Both the position numbers and the translations under genes were made by a program. A stretch of 64,000 nt of DNA from Azolla caroliniana (lineage: Eukaryota; Plantae; Polypodiophyta). Below, piece after piece: positions 25,095 to 38,000 of the stretch. The notes under the pieces are model-generated. The model was not told the DNA's origin and did no database searches. It worked only from the letters and a program-made list of their open reading frames with translations. The first letter of the stretch is position 1. Each line of letters starts with the position of its first letter. The stretch spans positions 4,898,001 to 4,962,000 of the forward strand of contig JBHGNT010000014.1 of assembly GCA_043228905.1 (NCBI GenBank), in the 5' to 3' direction.

Positions 25095-25341
25095 CGCGTG
25101 GATTCCGCAAGCCGCGCAAACTACGCAAGAACGCGTGGATTACGGAACCACGCAACGAAACCGCGAAGAAAGACGCAAGCCGAAGCACACACTTCGCAAC
25201 TACGCACAACGCAAGTTGGAGCATGGATTCTGCAACTCCGCATAAAGCGAGTCGACACGAGTCGATGCGAACTCCTAAACGCGAGTCGAAGCGGATTTTG
25301 GATACCGTCTGAAACCGACCCGACTTGAGCTTGAGGGGGCT

Positions 25342-25644
25342 TGTTGAGAATCAAGCTCAACTTGGTCTAGTGTGTGAACTCACCTTGAGAGTGAATAGAC
25401 ACTCCAACGGTCAAGAGTCACCATTAAGTCACCTCTTTGTATTCTAGCATTTAGTATGAGTCATAGAATCATATTCTATGACACATAACTTATGAGCTTT
25501 CACATTCCCCATGCTCCATGAGCCTTGTAGTTAATGAAGAGAGAGGGCGACTACATAAAGCACCCTCCTCCCACCTTGTATAGTGTTGAGTCTTTTTCCT
25601 TTGTCAATATACTTTTACCTTGCGTATTCTCTGTGTTTCACTCA

Positions 25645-25675
<31 letters not shown>

Positions 25676-25748
25676 TCTCTCTCTTACACACACACACATA
25701 ACGCACATCTCTTCCGCTTCACAAGAATCCATCTCTTGATTCTTTTCA
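25342..25748 (+). repeat. 3' LTR of copia C
   Basis: Pairs with 7757-8155. Confidence 0.95.
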
Positions 25749-25930
25749 AGTATTTATACAAGAAGGTAGGGCTATGTAAGCCAGCTAGAAATAGAGCATG
25801 CATGAGGATACATGCAATAGAGAATGCATGAGAATGTGTGCAAGCTAGAAATCAAGATGCATGCAAGCTAGGAACTTCCAATGTTCAATCTACACTACAT
25901 GAAGTTGAACTTAGTACAAGAATGCATATG

Positions 25931-26716
25931 TAGCTCAATTGGTAGGGTTTCCCAATAGAGACCATGAGGTCTTGGGTGTTGAGAACTCGACGTTCCTTAT
26001 GTCCGACGCTCGGCCACAACCGAGATTCTTTTCATACACAGAAAAACAGGTAATGAAACGCGACACAAAAGAGGAGAAATGGTACACAGGAGGTATACGT
26101 GGAAAACCCCAAAATAGGGGAAAAAACCACGGCAGCCCACAAGCTGCAAACTGTCACTATGTAGAAATATACAACAGTGAGATCACTGAGGCAACGACCT
26201 CGTGCTCTCAGATCTTCGCCACAGGCGGCGGTTACAATAGAGGCAACGACCTCGTCTCTCTCTCTCTCTCTATCTGTACAGTTACGCGCTCTGATTTCTT
26301 CTTCTGCACCACACCAAAAGAATAACAACAAGAATGACAACTAACTACTAAAAGTTTGCCCTAAGTCATATTTATACTAATATGACTTTTCGGCTATTTA
26401 CAAATGTAGCCTCGATGGGCTCCATCCGGCTCTCCACAGTCGGGTACTCCTCATCCGGTTCATACCGGGCCTACACCATCCGACTCTCCGCAGTCGGGTA
26501 CTCCTCATCCGGTTCTCCGCAGTCGGGTACTCCTCATCCGGTTCATACCGGGCCTACACCATCCGACTCTCCGCAGTTGGGTACTCCTCATCCGGTTCTC
26601 CGTTTCGGCCTCGGCCTGTCGGCCTCGGCCGAGTTTGTTCGTCGGCACTGTTCTTCTCCCTTCCCATCTGGAGGGACCTGTCTACCAACATTGGGTTCAA
26701 TCCCTACCTTCCCCCA
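25931..26716 (+). other. tRNA-like A/B-box unit in the X LTR, split by solo LTR G1
   Basis: Removing G1 gives TAGCTCAATTGGTAGGG..GAGGTCTTGGGTTCAATCCCTACC. Confidence 0.6.
25977..26690. repeat. Solo LTR G1 (probably copia), with internal ~55-bp tandem repeats
   Basis: TGTTGAG..ACCAACA, perfect TSD TTGGG; same family as 48147-48828. Confidence 0.93.
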
Positions 26717-26734
26717 TGCCATATGTGTATGCAA

Positions 26735-27032
26735 TTATCCTCCCTCTAAGGCCGCTTCCTAACACCCACAACCGGTTTATGAGGGTATCGTTGATGAAAA
26801 GTGTGAATTGCCTTCGACGCATTTTGTAAATGTGTAACATGGGACCAAAAGAGGGTAACCTTTCCATAAGACCAAGTATTATCCTCCCTCTAAGGCCGCC
26901 TCCTAACACCCACAACAGGTTTATGAGGGTATCGTTGATGAAAAGTGTGAATTGCCTTCGGCACATTTTGTAAATGTGTAACTGGTTCCCATGTGGCGTC
27001 CGAAAGAGGGTAACCTTTCCATAAGACCAAGT
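26735..27032 (-). repeat. Tandem duplication (~144 bp) of the chromodomain C-terminus and PPT of X
   Basis: ttatcctccctctaagg..ccataagaccaagta starts at 26735 and again at 26879. Confidence 0.85.
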
Positions 27033-28815
27033 ATTGAAGTCTTCATCGACGCAAGCAGGAGTCGAGGATCCGATCAACCTCGTACTCCTGACTTGTTGAT
27101 AATTCCACGAGCGACGGTAGAGGAGGTTGTTGTCCCGGAATGCGAGAAGGATGGTAGAGTTCTAGGAGAGAGACGTGGAAAACATTGTGAAATTCAAATG
27201 TGGGAGGAAGTACTAACTGGAAGACGACTGGGTTAACGCGCTCGAGGACACGGAAGGGGCCTAGCTTTTTGTAGTCGAGCTTCGCGCAAGGACGGGTGGT
27301 TGCGATGTGGCGACATAGCAGTCAAACCATATCACTGATTGCGAAGGTCGGTGCGACCAAGTGATGTCGGTCTGCATGAGCTTTATACTGTTTGCCATCG
27401 GCATGGAGCTCGAGGGAGAGATCACGATGGACATCTTGTAAGGCGTGGGCATGCCTCTCGGTTGACGGAAATCTTCCGAATGGAAATGCTGAAACGAGGG
27501 TGGAAACCATAGTTTGCAAAGAATGGGGAAACTTTAGTTGAGGCATGGATACTATTATTGTAGGCAAATTTCGCCATGGCAAGGAAGTCCACCCAATCAT
27601 CTTGTTGGTAGCTTACTGTACACCGGAGGTATAGTTCAAGGATTTGGTTGACTCATTCGGTTTTGCCATAGGTTTGAGGGTGGTGCGCGGTTGACAAGTT
27701 CACAGAAGTCCTGAATGTCTGTAGAAGTCGGCGCCAAAAGTGGGAGATAAATTGAGAACCTCGATCAGAAGTGACATCCTCAGGGAAGTCGTGTAATCGG
27801 ACAACATTTTTCAAAACAAGGTCAACCGTCTCCTCCCCCAAAATGGTTTTCGAACATGGGACAAAGTGAGCCATCTTCGAAAACCGATCGATGACCACTA
27901 GCACCACGTCATGGTCACCGACCCGAGGAAGGTCGGTGATAAAGTCCATGGAGAGAGATGCCCAAAGTCGATGGGGAATTGGAAGTGGGTGTAGAAGGTT
28001 GTAGGGATGATGGTGAGCCGCTTTGGAGCGAGCACAAATGTCACAAGTTTTGATGAATTCTTTGACCAATTTCCAAGGTTGAGGCCACCAAAACCCCCAA
28101 GACAGCAACGCCAACGTTTTCGCGACCCCAAAGTGTCTAACAAGAGGATCATCGTGGCAAGTTTGTAGTACTCAGATGCAACATGTGCCAGCTGGTACGT
28201 AGAAGAGGTGATTACGATAGAGTAGCCCATCCTAAGTTGTAAAGTGATTGAGATATGAGCTTTGCATTTCCTAGGATGGATTGTTGAGACGCGCCATGAT
28301 GTCAATGGCGAAAGGGTCTGACGTGGTTGCTTGGGCGATCTCGTTGAGCAAGGAATCATCATGCAACATATAGGTTGCGAACATGTGGAGTTGATCGGGC
28401 TGCAATAAACAACGCGATTGCTAAGAATATGCGTCATCTCCTGGGCGTAGTTCAAAATCGGGTCGCAGAGAGAGAGAGCATCCGCTTTCCCATGTTGAAC
28501 GCCGGTTCGAAACAAGATTTTGAAGTCGTAGTCGGCGAGAAAAGATGACCCGCAAGCCTACCTCTGATTCAATGTACGAGTGGTGGTGAAGTAGATGAGA
28601 TTCTTGTGGTCGGTCAGCACCTAAATACGATGTTGGGCCCCAGCCAGATAGGGTCGCCATTCGGCGAAGGCCGAGATGATAGCTGCAAGCTCCTTGTTGT
28701 AGATCGGATAATTGATTTCCGTGGCTATAAACTTCCGAGAGTAGAAAGCGACCGTTGGGCTGAGACAAGACCACACCTATGGCAAAGTCAGAGGCGTCGG
28801 TTTCAACCTGGAAAG

Positions 28816-31488
28816 TGTTAGGAACAATACTAAGACAGAGAAGTATTGTTAGGAACAATACTAAGACAGAGAAGGAATTAGTACTAAAAGATGAGGATTA
28901 GTACTAAAAGAGGTGTAGAACTCTTGAGAGAAGGAAAGAGTGACAGAGATATATATATTGAGAGAGAGAGAGAATGATGATAACAAAATATATATATTAT
29001 GTGAAGAGAATATACAGTAGTAGCTAGGAGGCTTAAGACTAGCGTTGAACCGATTTGGTTCTTGATAATGTCATGTGCCTCTTTTTATTGTGGCTTTCAG
29101 AATCCTCTTGACATTTCTAGAATGTTCCAGAGAAATCTAGAATATACATGGATTTCCTAAGTGAAATAATGTTCTTTCTATTACAACTTATAACTTAATC
29201 GTAAGGCTTCCGCCCATGTGCCAATCACAAGGTCATGGGTTCAAATCCTTTTGAAGCCATACCATGCTATATCATGACACTACCCCCCCCTTAACATGAC
29301 GAGTGCTACAAGTCGTCTTACATGGAGGACCTGGCTTGTTGGGATATCGTCGATGAAAGTCCTCAACAAGAGCTCAAGCATTTAGCACATTCTCGACTGG
29401 TTCCCAAGTAGTAGAGCTTGTTGTGAACAATCTTGGAATCAAGGATGGCAGTTACTTTGTACTCCAGTCCTGCTTCAAGCTCGATCGCGGGTGGAGGTGG
29501 TATAATACAATTCGGAATAGTGTTGTCGAGATATAGTTCGAGAAGAGAACTATGAAAAACCGAATGTATCCATAGTTGTAAAGGTAGATCGAGACAAAAG
29601 GCGGCATCGTTAATTTTTCCAATTATACGGAAAGGACCTAATCGCTGATAGTCCAATTTATCACATGGTTGAGTAGTCTTGATGTGTCATCGTAATAGCC
29701 ATACCTGATCTCCAATGTTAGAACTGGATGAAAGCCGATAACGATCCGCATAATCCTTTTGTGTTTGTTGAGGTTGTTGTAAATGAATAAATAAGTCTAT
29801 TTGTATCTTGCGTACTGCATAAGGATTCATCGGTAACTACGGAGTTTCGAATACATACCACCGGGGATGATAGCCCATATAAGCATAAAATAGTGTAACC
29901 CTAGTTGATGAGTGGATAGAGTTATTATATGCAAATTCTTCAAAGTGGAGAATATCCGCCCAATCATCTTGTTGATAGCTTAGAAAACACCGAAGATACT
30001 GTTCCAACGTTTGATTCGTTCGTTTGTTCTGCTTGTTCGTCAGTTTGCGGGTGATAGTCGGAGGAGAGATTACAAGTGACCTAGAGCATTTTGAAGAGAT
30101 GTTTCCTGAATTTCAAGACAAATTGAGGTTCACAATCGTTGATGATGCTATCGGAGAGGCCATATTGCCGACATACCTCTCGCATGACAGTTTCAACGGT
30201 TTCTTCTCTAGTGATTTCCTATGTACAAGGCAGAAAATGTGCCATCTTTGTATATCGATCCACTACTGTTAATACACGAGCATTCTGGAAGTAGGCAAGA
30301 TTTTTGTGATCATCGAATACAATGACTTGATGAGAAGATCCCTCTAGAAAATGTCTCCATTGCATAATAGAGTCCACTATTGCTAATAGCTCCTTATCAT
30401 GAATTTCATAGTTGATTTCGGCAACGTCAAACTTGCATGAGTGGAAAGCCAGAGGATGTAGCTTTTCATCATCGCCTTGTTGTGACAGAATGCTACCCAA
30501 GGCGAAATCTGACGCGTCTACCTCAATGATGAACGGTTTTTTTGGATCAACATGGGCTAGGATAGGAGTTGATGTAAATGCCTTCTTAAGACTCTCAAAA
30601 GCCATGTCCGCTTCTTTAGACCAAACAAACGACTGCCCCTTCTTGGTAAGCTGTGTGAGAGGTAGAATAACCTTTGAGTAATCCTGTTTAAACTTGCGGT
30701 AAAAATTGGCAAATCCTATAAAGCATTGCACATCTCACAATGAACGTGGAGTCTACCACTCTACCATAGTTTTGACCTTAGCTGGATCCATAGAGATGCC
30801 TTCTGAGGAGATGACATAGCCCAGAAATTCCGCTTGGTTGCACTCGAAACTACATTTTTCCAGTTTTGCATAAAGACCATGTTCTCAAAGCCGTTTTAGT
30901 ACTAACAATACATGAGAATCATGCTCTTCTTGGGTCTTCGAATAAACTAGTAGATCATCCAAATGAATGATCAAACAAACATCTAAGAGATCTCGGAATA
31001 TATCATTTGTCATGTGTTGGAAGACTATTGGTGCATTAGTGAGACCGAATGACATGACCGTATACTTGAAGTGCCCATATCTAGTATGAAACGCGGTCTT
31101 CCACTCATCTCCTAGTCGGATCCGTACGAGGTTATATGCTCTTCATAAATCGATTTTTGTGAAGAACCTTGCACCATTGATCCGTTCTAAAAGACTTGAG
31201 ATAAGGGGGAGTGCATACCTATTCTTGATGGTGACCTTATTCAAGCCACGGTAATCTACGATGAGACGAAGTGATCCATCCTTTTTCTTGACAAAGAAAA
31301 TGGGTGCGCCGGCTGGAGATTTCAATTGTCGAATGAAATTGTTTTCTAGATTCTCTTGTATATAGGCTCGAAGGACTTCTAGCTCGGTTGGTGACAAGTT
31401 GTAGATTGGTCCCCACGGTGGCTCTTCTCCCGGTTATAAATCAATAGGGCAATCATATGGTCGGTGGTGAGGAAGCATATTGGCTTGC
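28816..31488 (-). mobile_element. Chromovirus-type Ty3/gypsy Y, 3' part (3' LTR 28816-29279; chromodomain, INT, RH and RT remnants)
   Basis: PPT AAGGGGGGGGTAG abuts TGTCATGAT. EYKVTAILDSKIVHNKLYYL (chromodomain), FIIEVDASDFALG (RH), [23 protein letters not shown] (RT). Confidence 0.85.
29191..29258 (+). other. tRNA-like unit in the Y LTR
   Basis: Degenerate A box TAACTTAATCGT and B box in AAGGTCATGGGTTCAAATCC. Confidence 0.5.
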
Positions 31489-31744
31489 TGTAGCAATGCC
31501 TTGTTTCACTCCAAATGTCCTCATAATGGGCACATCAAATCCACCATACTCCATGTCCAATGAGTGAGTTGATCCATTCCAATCGAAATGATTGTCTTCA
31601 TATTTTGTCATTTTGGCATTTATTCGATTTTGGACTTGGTTGCGACATGATTTGGTCGCTCAGGGGCTCTTGAGGTCCACTCAACCTATTTGAGATTGGA
31701 CTTTCCTTTGGTGTAGGCCTTAGCTAATCCTCCTCTTGTAGGTC

Positions 31745-32281
31745 TATGTCGACATCGGCCACAAATAGTTCGTGTGGAGCCAACTTATGTTCGTATCATG
31801 ACACTGATTCGTTGAATACGACGTCCCAACTCACACGTACTTTCCAGGTAGAGGGGTTGAAGCACTTGTACCCTTTTTATTCAAATGAGTACCCCATAAT
31901 GATACACTTCTTTGATTTCAAATCAAGCTTTTGTCGCTCCTCCTCAGGAATGTGTACGAACACAATGGAACCGAATATCCTGACGTGGGATAGGTCTGCC
32001 TTCTTTCCACAATACTTTTTGTGAGGGGTTACATTGTGCACTCTACATGTTGACTCGCCACAAGAACCCCATCATCCAATACAAGTACAACGAGTACATG
32101 GTGCATCATTATGCATACATGGTGAAGGTGGCAGAAGTCCACGAGTCGGAGAACAGGATGCCAAATGGAAATCGGCAATGGAGGAAGCAATGCAAGCTTT
32201 AGCCAAAAATGAGACATGAACCTGGTTGACCCCCCGAAACATTGCAAGACGATCGGATACAGGTGGGTGTATAAAGTAAAA
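31745..32281. pseudogene. Scrambled copia fragments (integrase on - at ~31745-32050; RT start on + at ~32050-32281)
   Basis: Minus strand IFGSIVFVHIPEEERQKLD..KCIIMGYS; plus strand KWKSAMEEAMQALAKNET. Confidence 0.7.
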
Positions 32282-33199
32282 TGATAGATAAATGGGTTCG
32301 GGCAAAACCAAGCTTCAAGCACAAGAGGGAAAAATAGAGAACTAAATACAGAGACACGAGATGTTAACGTGGAAAACCCTAAAAGGGTAAAACCACGGGA
32401 CCCTACACTATCCCTCTTTTCTCTCTCAAGTTACGATTGTGTAGAACCACACAATCAACTATAACATCTTACACTTCTGATTTTAGCCCTAAGTGTATTT
32501 ATACTTATACACTTGTAAGGGTTATTTACAAATATAGCCTCTAATTGGCTATGACTCGATCTGTTTTCGGATGCCTGTCAGATGTCTTCTAGATCCGGTT
32601 GTCCTACATGTCCCATCCGGAGGGACCTATTTCCCAACAAACTCCCCATTCACTCCGATATGGGGTAATTCAGCTGACCGACTCCCTACCGACGCACACT
32701 CAACTTGTCCAATGACAACACCATCCTCAACATATCTGATCCGTTGTCCTTCGTGTGGATCTTCACTAGGGCGAAATCCCTTTCTTCTACCCTCTCTCTA
32801 AGCCAATGATATCTTCGCTAGATATGCTTCATTCTCAAGTGGTAAGCGGCATTCTTTGCAAGGTGGATGACACTTTGATTGTCATAGCGCATTTGGAGTT
32901 GTTCCTGCTTAATTACTAGCTCACTAATGAAGTCTCTCACCCTTATTATTTCCTTGCCGGCTTTGACGACAACCATATACTCCACTTCTGTGGTCGACAG
33001 ATCCACAACCTTCTGCAACCTTGATTGCCACAAGATGGCTCCCCTTGCATAAGTCATCACGTATCCGTACATGTATCAGCTAATAGGAACATTAGCCAAC
33101 ATGTCAGAGTTTCTGAACCCTTCTAACACAGGGTTACTTGAGCCGTATCGTAAGCATACACTTGAGGTGCCTCTCATATCGGAATGTCCACGTGACCGA
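32282..33199 (-). mobile_element. Copia J, 3' end (LTR ~32282-32639, PPT, RNase H); RT continues at 60629-60905 beyond H
   Basis: PPT AATGGGGAGTT; GAILWQSRLQKVVDLSTTEVEY; IPYASVVKSLIYAMV near 60650. Confidence 0.75.
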
Positions 33200-33925
33200 T
33201 GTCGTGAAGGATTCCAGCCATAAGAGGAAAAATAGTTGGGTGTGTGTGAATGCGGGTGTGCACAAGTGCACGTCTTTTGTACAAACATATGTAAATAACA
33301 TAGTAATGATAGGGTTTGGTGATTACTAGGAAAGAACGATTCGATGGGTACTTTAGTATCACACGGATGGAGAGGGATAAAGGGAGTTGATGGGAGAGAA
33401 TCGAGGGGTGATCTGTGAGAAATTTGATTATCATTAAGACGATGTAACGACTTTCCCTTGTGCTATAAAAGGGGAGGCCGTGAACTGTTTTGGGGAGGAC
33501 GAAGCTCTGCCCATTTGAGTGTCAAAGCTCTCTCTCCTCTCTCTGTATTGTGCTCTATATTGCGGAACAAGAAGGTGAATCCTCTGCTCGTGCTGGAAGC
33601 CCTTGTGCCCTGACTAAAGGATCATCATTCTGTGTGTGTGCGTGTTTGTTGAGCTCTGAGCTCCTTCCCTGATTGCGCTTGGTTGTACTCACTGATTGTT
33701 CTACGACTAATCGAATTCTGACTTTGTGTTCTTTTCTCATCTTTTCCATTCTATTTTGTTCTGTTTGGGTCCAAGCAACATTTGGATCTTCTGAGGTCGC
33801 ATGCAAGTGGAGATAGTCGGTTGGCTCCACTTCCCTTTTCCTTCCTCTGTGTTCAACTCCTTGGTTCAAGACCCTCATGGTCCTGCCCCATTTCTACGCA
33901 TACGCGTGAAAAAGCGCGACATCTT

Positions 33926-33943
33926 TGGTGAACCCGACGTGAA
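33926..33943 (+). promoter_or_regulatory. PBS of H, complementary to the 3' end of tRNA-Trp
   Basis: TGGTGAACCCGACGTGAA is the reverse complement of ..TTCACGTCGGGTTCACCA, the plant tRNA-Trp 3' end as recalled from memory. Confidence 0.85.
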
Positions 33944-34209
33944 GGGGGGCGGTAGAGGAGTCCGAAGATAAGAGGAAGCGAACTCGCTAAAGCAATGATG
34001 GTGGATGTAGATTGCCTATGTCGAATACGAGTGTATAATGGCTGTATTCACACTGTCCATTTGGACAACCCAAGTTTGGGCTATTTCTGTAAATAGCATA
34101 AAGGGTAGTTGCCCTAGGATAGTCACTATATAAAGTGACTTTGTAACCTTTAGTGGTGTGGTTGTCATTTGTACCTGGCGCTGTTAAGAAATAAAACGTT
34201 ACTTTGTGC

Positions 34210-34246
<37 letters not shown>

Positions 34247-35008
34247 TGTGTGTATCTTCTTCATTCTCATACACAGGTCCTTTAACATCATAGATGTTGT
34301 TTGTTCTTCCGCACTAACGACCTTGTCCCCAACATTTGGTATCAGAGCGTTGGAGGTTCTTCAACCTGCTGCCGGTCGTCATAGTACACCACACAACATT
34401 CTGTTTCTATTTTTTTTTTCTTGAAGAACAAAGAAGAGAGAAGAAAAACAAGAAGTTTGCATCTCACCGTACTAAATCACTAATTGGAGTAAGCTAGACA
34501 GTTGTACTCTGTTCCTATGATTGTAACCACTTGAGGCGAACTCCCTGTGCAACACCCGACCCAATCATGCTTCATTCGGTTAAACGACATCCGAATAGGT
34601 CACCGTATGCTATTCATTTGCTTGTTGTAACCACCCGCTGCAGATTGGTCTCCTAGCAACAACCAAATTCATGCTTCACTTGGGAGGATCAGTTGGATCC
34701 ATCCCTCTCATTGCTGCAGTCATCCAAAGCAGAATCAACCTAAACAATCGGTTTCTTGTAATCGGTATTCGACATACAATCGGAAGCTAACCGGGCTCAC
34801 TCCGACTTGGCAACATTCGGGAAGACTGGCCGGTTCTGTCCCTCAAGTTACTGGAGTTACTCCAAGCAAGTTCAACAACAAGTATCCGAAACCAAACCGA
34901 CTCGGGTTTAAAACTGACTAGAACGATATTAGGTGAGTCGACCGGCTGCACCCCACTAAGGTTCATAGTCAACTACGAACCGAGTCTTACCAACCGAAAC
35001 TGAAGCAG

Positions 35009-38000
35009 ATGGCATCAACATCTGGCTCATCAGAGATGAGTTTAAGGAGGTTCGATGGTTCGAACTTCAACTTCTAGAAGGAACAAATGCAGGACTATCT
35101 CATAGTCAAGGGTCAGATAGACCCGATTGAGAATGAAAATCCTCCAGAAGCATACAAGGCAAACGAGTGGCTAAAGCTGGACAGAATCGTCTGCGCCACG
35201 ATCCGGATGCACCTGTAGGAGTCAGTGTACTTCACAGTGCAATCATGCACGACAACTTTTGAACTTTGGAAAACACTGTCGGAAACTTATGAAAAGAAGG
35301 TCGCCACAACGAAGATGTATCTGATCCGGCCCCTCTACAACTTGCAGATGAAAGAATCTGATTCAGTTCAGGCACACCTCAATGAGTATGAAAGCATAAG
35401 CTCCCAAATCTCGTCTTAGGGGACGACAATCGAGGATGAACTCAAAGTAATGATACTCATGAGTAGTCTGCCCCCTTCATGGGAAACTTTTGTTACAACC
35501 GTGTGCAATGCTTCAACAACTGCCATTAAGTACTCCGAAGTCACGAGCGCAATCCAGACTGAAGCAGCTCGGAGAAAGTCTTTCGCCAAAGACCTGACAG
35601 ATGAAGCTTACGTAGTACAAGGTTCGACCAACCAATTGAACAACCGGGGAAGAAGTTCGTCCCGACCGCCGAACAATCAGCGAAGCTGGAGCAAGTCTTG
35701 GGACAACCGAATCTTCAACTACTGCAAGAAACTGGGAGACATCAAAGCCGATTGTTGGGCACTCAAAGAAAAAACCGACAAAGCTCAGAGAGCGGATCAG
35801 AAGAGTAGCCGGCATGAGGAGGTCAACTACATCGGCTCTTCAGCCGAAATTTTGAGACCGACCCGAACATACTGTCCATAGAGAACCCAATCGAATCAGA
35901 AGTTCTACTTACGACTGAGGAATCGAGCACATGGCTCCTGGACTCGGGCACATCGTATCATGTGACACCTCACCGATCTTAGTTTCGACAATACTCGAAC
36001 CGACACTCCGACTCAGTTCAAGTCGGGAACTCGCAACACTGTGCCATAATCGGAATCGGCACCGTAGAGCTCAACCTTCCGGGTGGCTCTACACTCGTAC
36101 TACACAATGTCCGCCACGTCCCTGAGCTTTCAAGTCCCTTGATCTCAGTCAGACAACGTTCCCTGCTTGCTCGAGGACCAAAGGTACACTCTTTGTACCC
36201 TTTATATGTCACACTCAAAGAGGGTGACCTATTTTTGGTTGATATCCCCGTGTCATCGTTATGGCATGGACGACTTGGACACCTTAGCAAGACCGGCATA
36301 ACGCACCTATCCAGAGCTGGTTACATCCCCAAGCTCTCCTTATCAGATCACCAATTCTGCGAGCATTGCTAGTACGACAAACAGGTAGCCACATCACACC
36401 CGACATCAGCACCAAGAGAATCGAGTCCCCTCGATTTGGTCCACTCGGACATCTGTGGCCCAATGCCACATCAGTCTCTAGGCGGTGCTTCGTACTTCGT
36501 CAGTTTTATTGACGACTCGACTCGGAAGGTGTGGGCTTACCTTACCCCATTAGAACCAAAGATCGGGTGTTCTCGATCTTCTCTGAATGGCTTGCAATAG
36601 TCGAAAACCAGACTGGTCGGAAACTAAAATATCTCCGAACCGATAATGGAGGAGAATTCAAGTCTGACGAATTCGTCAAATTCTGTCGGGAATGCGGCAT
36701 TCGATGTGAATATACGACACCCTATAGTCTGGAGCAGAACGGAATTGCTGAACGCATGAATCGGACGATTCAAGAACGCATAGTATCCATGCTCCAACAC
36801 TCTGGACTGTTGGATGGCTTCTGGGTGGAGGCTCTACTTACGACAGTACACATAATAAATATGTCGCCGAGTAGACCCCTAGGACTTAAAATACCTCAAG
36901 AAACATGGACCGACAGTAAGCTGAATTATGACAAGCTAAGGATCCTCGGCTGCAAGGCGTATGCCCTCATACTGAAAGACGACCACCGGAAACTTGAACC
37001 AAGATCAAGGAAATGCATTTTCGTTGGATATGGACCCGACGGCGAGATTAGATACCGACTCTGGGACCCCGAGCACAGACAAATCGTCCGAACTTCGGAC
37101 ATCGTGTTCAACGAGTCGGCTATGCATTAAACGGCCGAAAGGCCTATTGAAGTCCGAAGGGTAATATTTTCCAAAGTGCCAACCCTTCATGAAGGCCCAG
37201 CCCACCACACGAGATCGGTTTCACGGGTAACCGACACCTCCCCTCCTGAATCCACTGATTCAACACAACCGAATGGCTCGGCTTCCGACCATTCGACACC
37301 TAACCTCGATGCGACCAGTCCAGTCATACCTCGAAGATTCGAGAGGCTGTTGCAACCTCCGGAAAGGTACTCTCCCGGAATTTTCTTTACCGACACCGGC
37401 GAACCGATGTCTTACGAAGAAGCATCGGCATCTGCCGACTCAGCCACCTGGGAAATGCACTCCATTCACGCAAACAAGACTTGGGACTTGGTCGAATTAC
37501 CGAAGAATCGGCGTGCTCTTCCGTGTAAGTGGGTCTATCGACTAAAAGAGACATCCGACTCGACCAACCCAAAGTACAAGGCCAGATTAGTTGCGAAGGT
37601 ATTTCGACAAGAACATGGTGTCAACTTCGACGAAATCTTTTCACCAGTGGTGAAAATGACAACCCTTTGTTTCATGCTCGGCGTCGTGGCCGCCGAAAAC
37701 TTGGAGCTGATTCAGGTAGATGTAAAAACGACATTTCTCCACGGTGACCTACAGGAGGAAATCTATATGGAGCAGCCGAAAGGCTTTGTGGCATCCGGCC
37801 AGGAACATCTAGTTTGCCAACTCAGGAAGAGTTTATACGGCTTGAAACAGGCACCCCGACAGTGGTACAAGAAGTTCGACGACTTCATCCAATCAGTCGG
37901 CTTCTCCAAGAGCGATGAGGACCATTGTCTCTTCACAAGAACAGCTCAAGACGGGTCTCCCATCTTCCTCATCATTCACGTGGATGACATGCTACTCTTC

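Larger units (their letters stand above)
7757..25748 (+). mobile_element. Full-length Ty1/copia element C, containing the D+E insertion
   Basis: LTRs 7757-8155 and 25342-25748, perfect TSD AGTAT (7752-7756 / 25749-25753), PBS-like GGGTATTAGAGCG at 8156, PPT TTGAGGGGGC before the 3' LTR. Confidence 0.96.
7621..28815 (-). mobile_element. Chromovirus-type Ty3/gypsy X, 3' part (3' LTR 7621-7756 + 25749-25976 + 26691-~26733, split by C and G1; RNase H, integrase and chromodomain 26735-28815)
   Basis: Minus-strand [13 protein letters not shown] (RH), SLSMDFITDLP..VIDRFSKMAHF (INT) and EYEVDRILDS..LQYLVLWKGYPLSDATWEP (chromodomain). PPT GAGGGAGGATAAT at ~26734-26746. The LTR is reassembled across TSDs agtat and ttggg. 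Confidence 0.8.

Noticed and set aside
26410-26600. CRISPR-like array (also 44370-44590 and 44935-45030)
   Set aside because: Head-to-tail tandem repeats without unique spacers, inside eukaryotic LTRs, with no cas genes.
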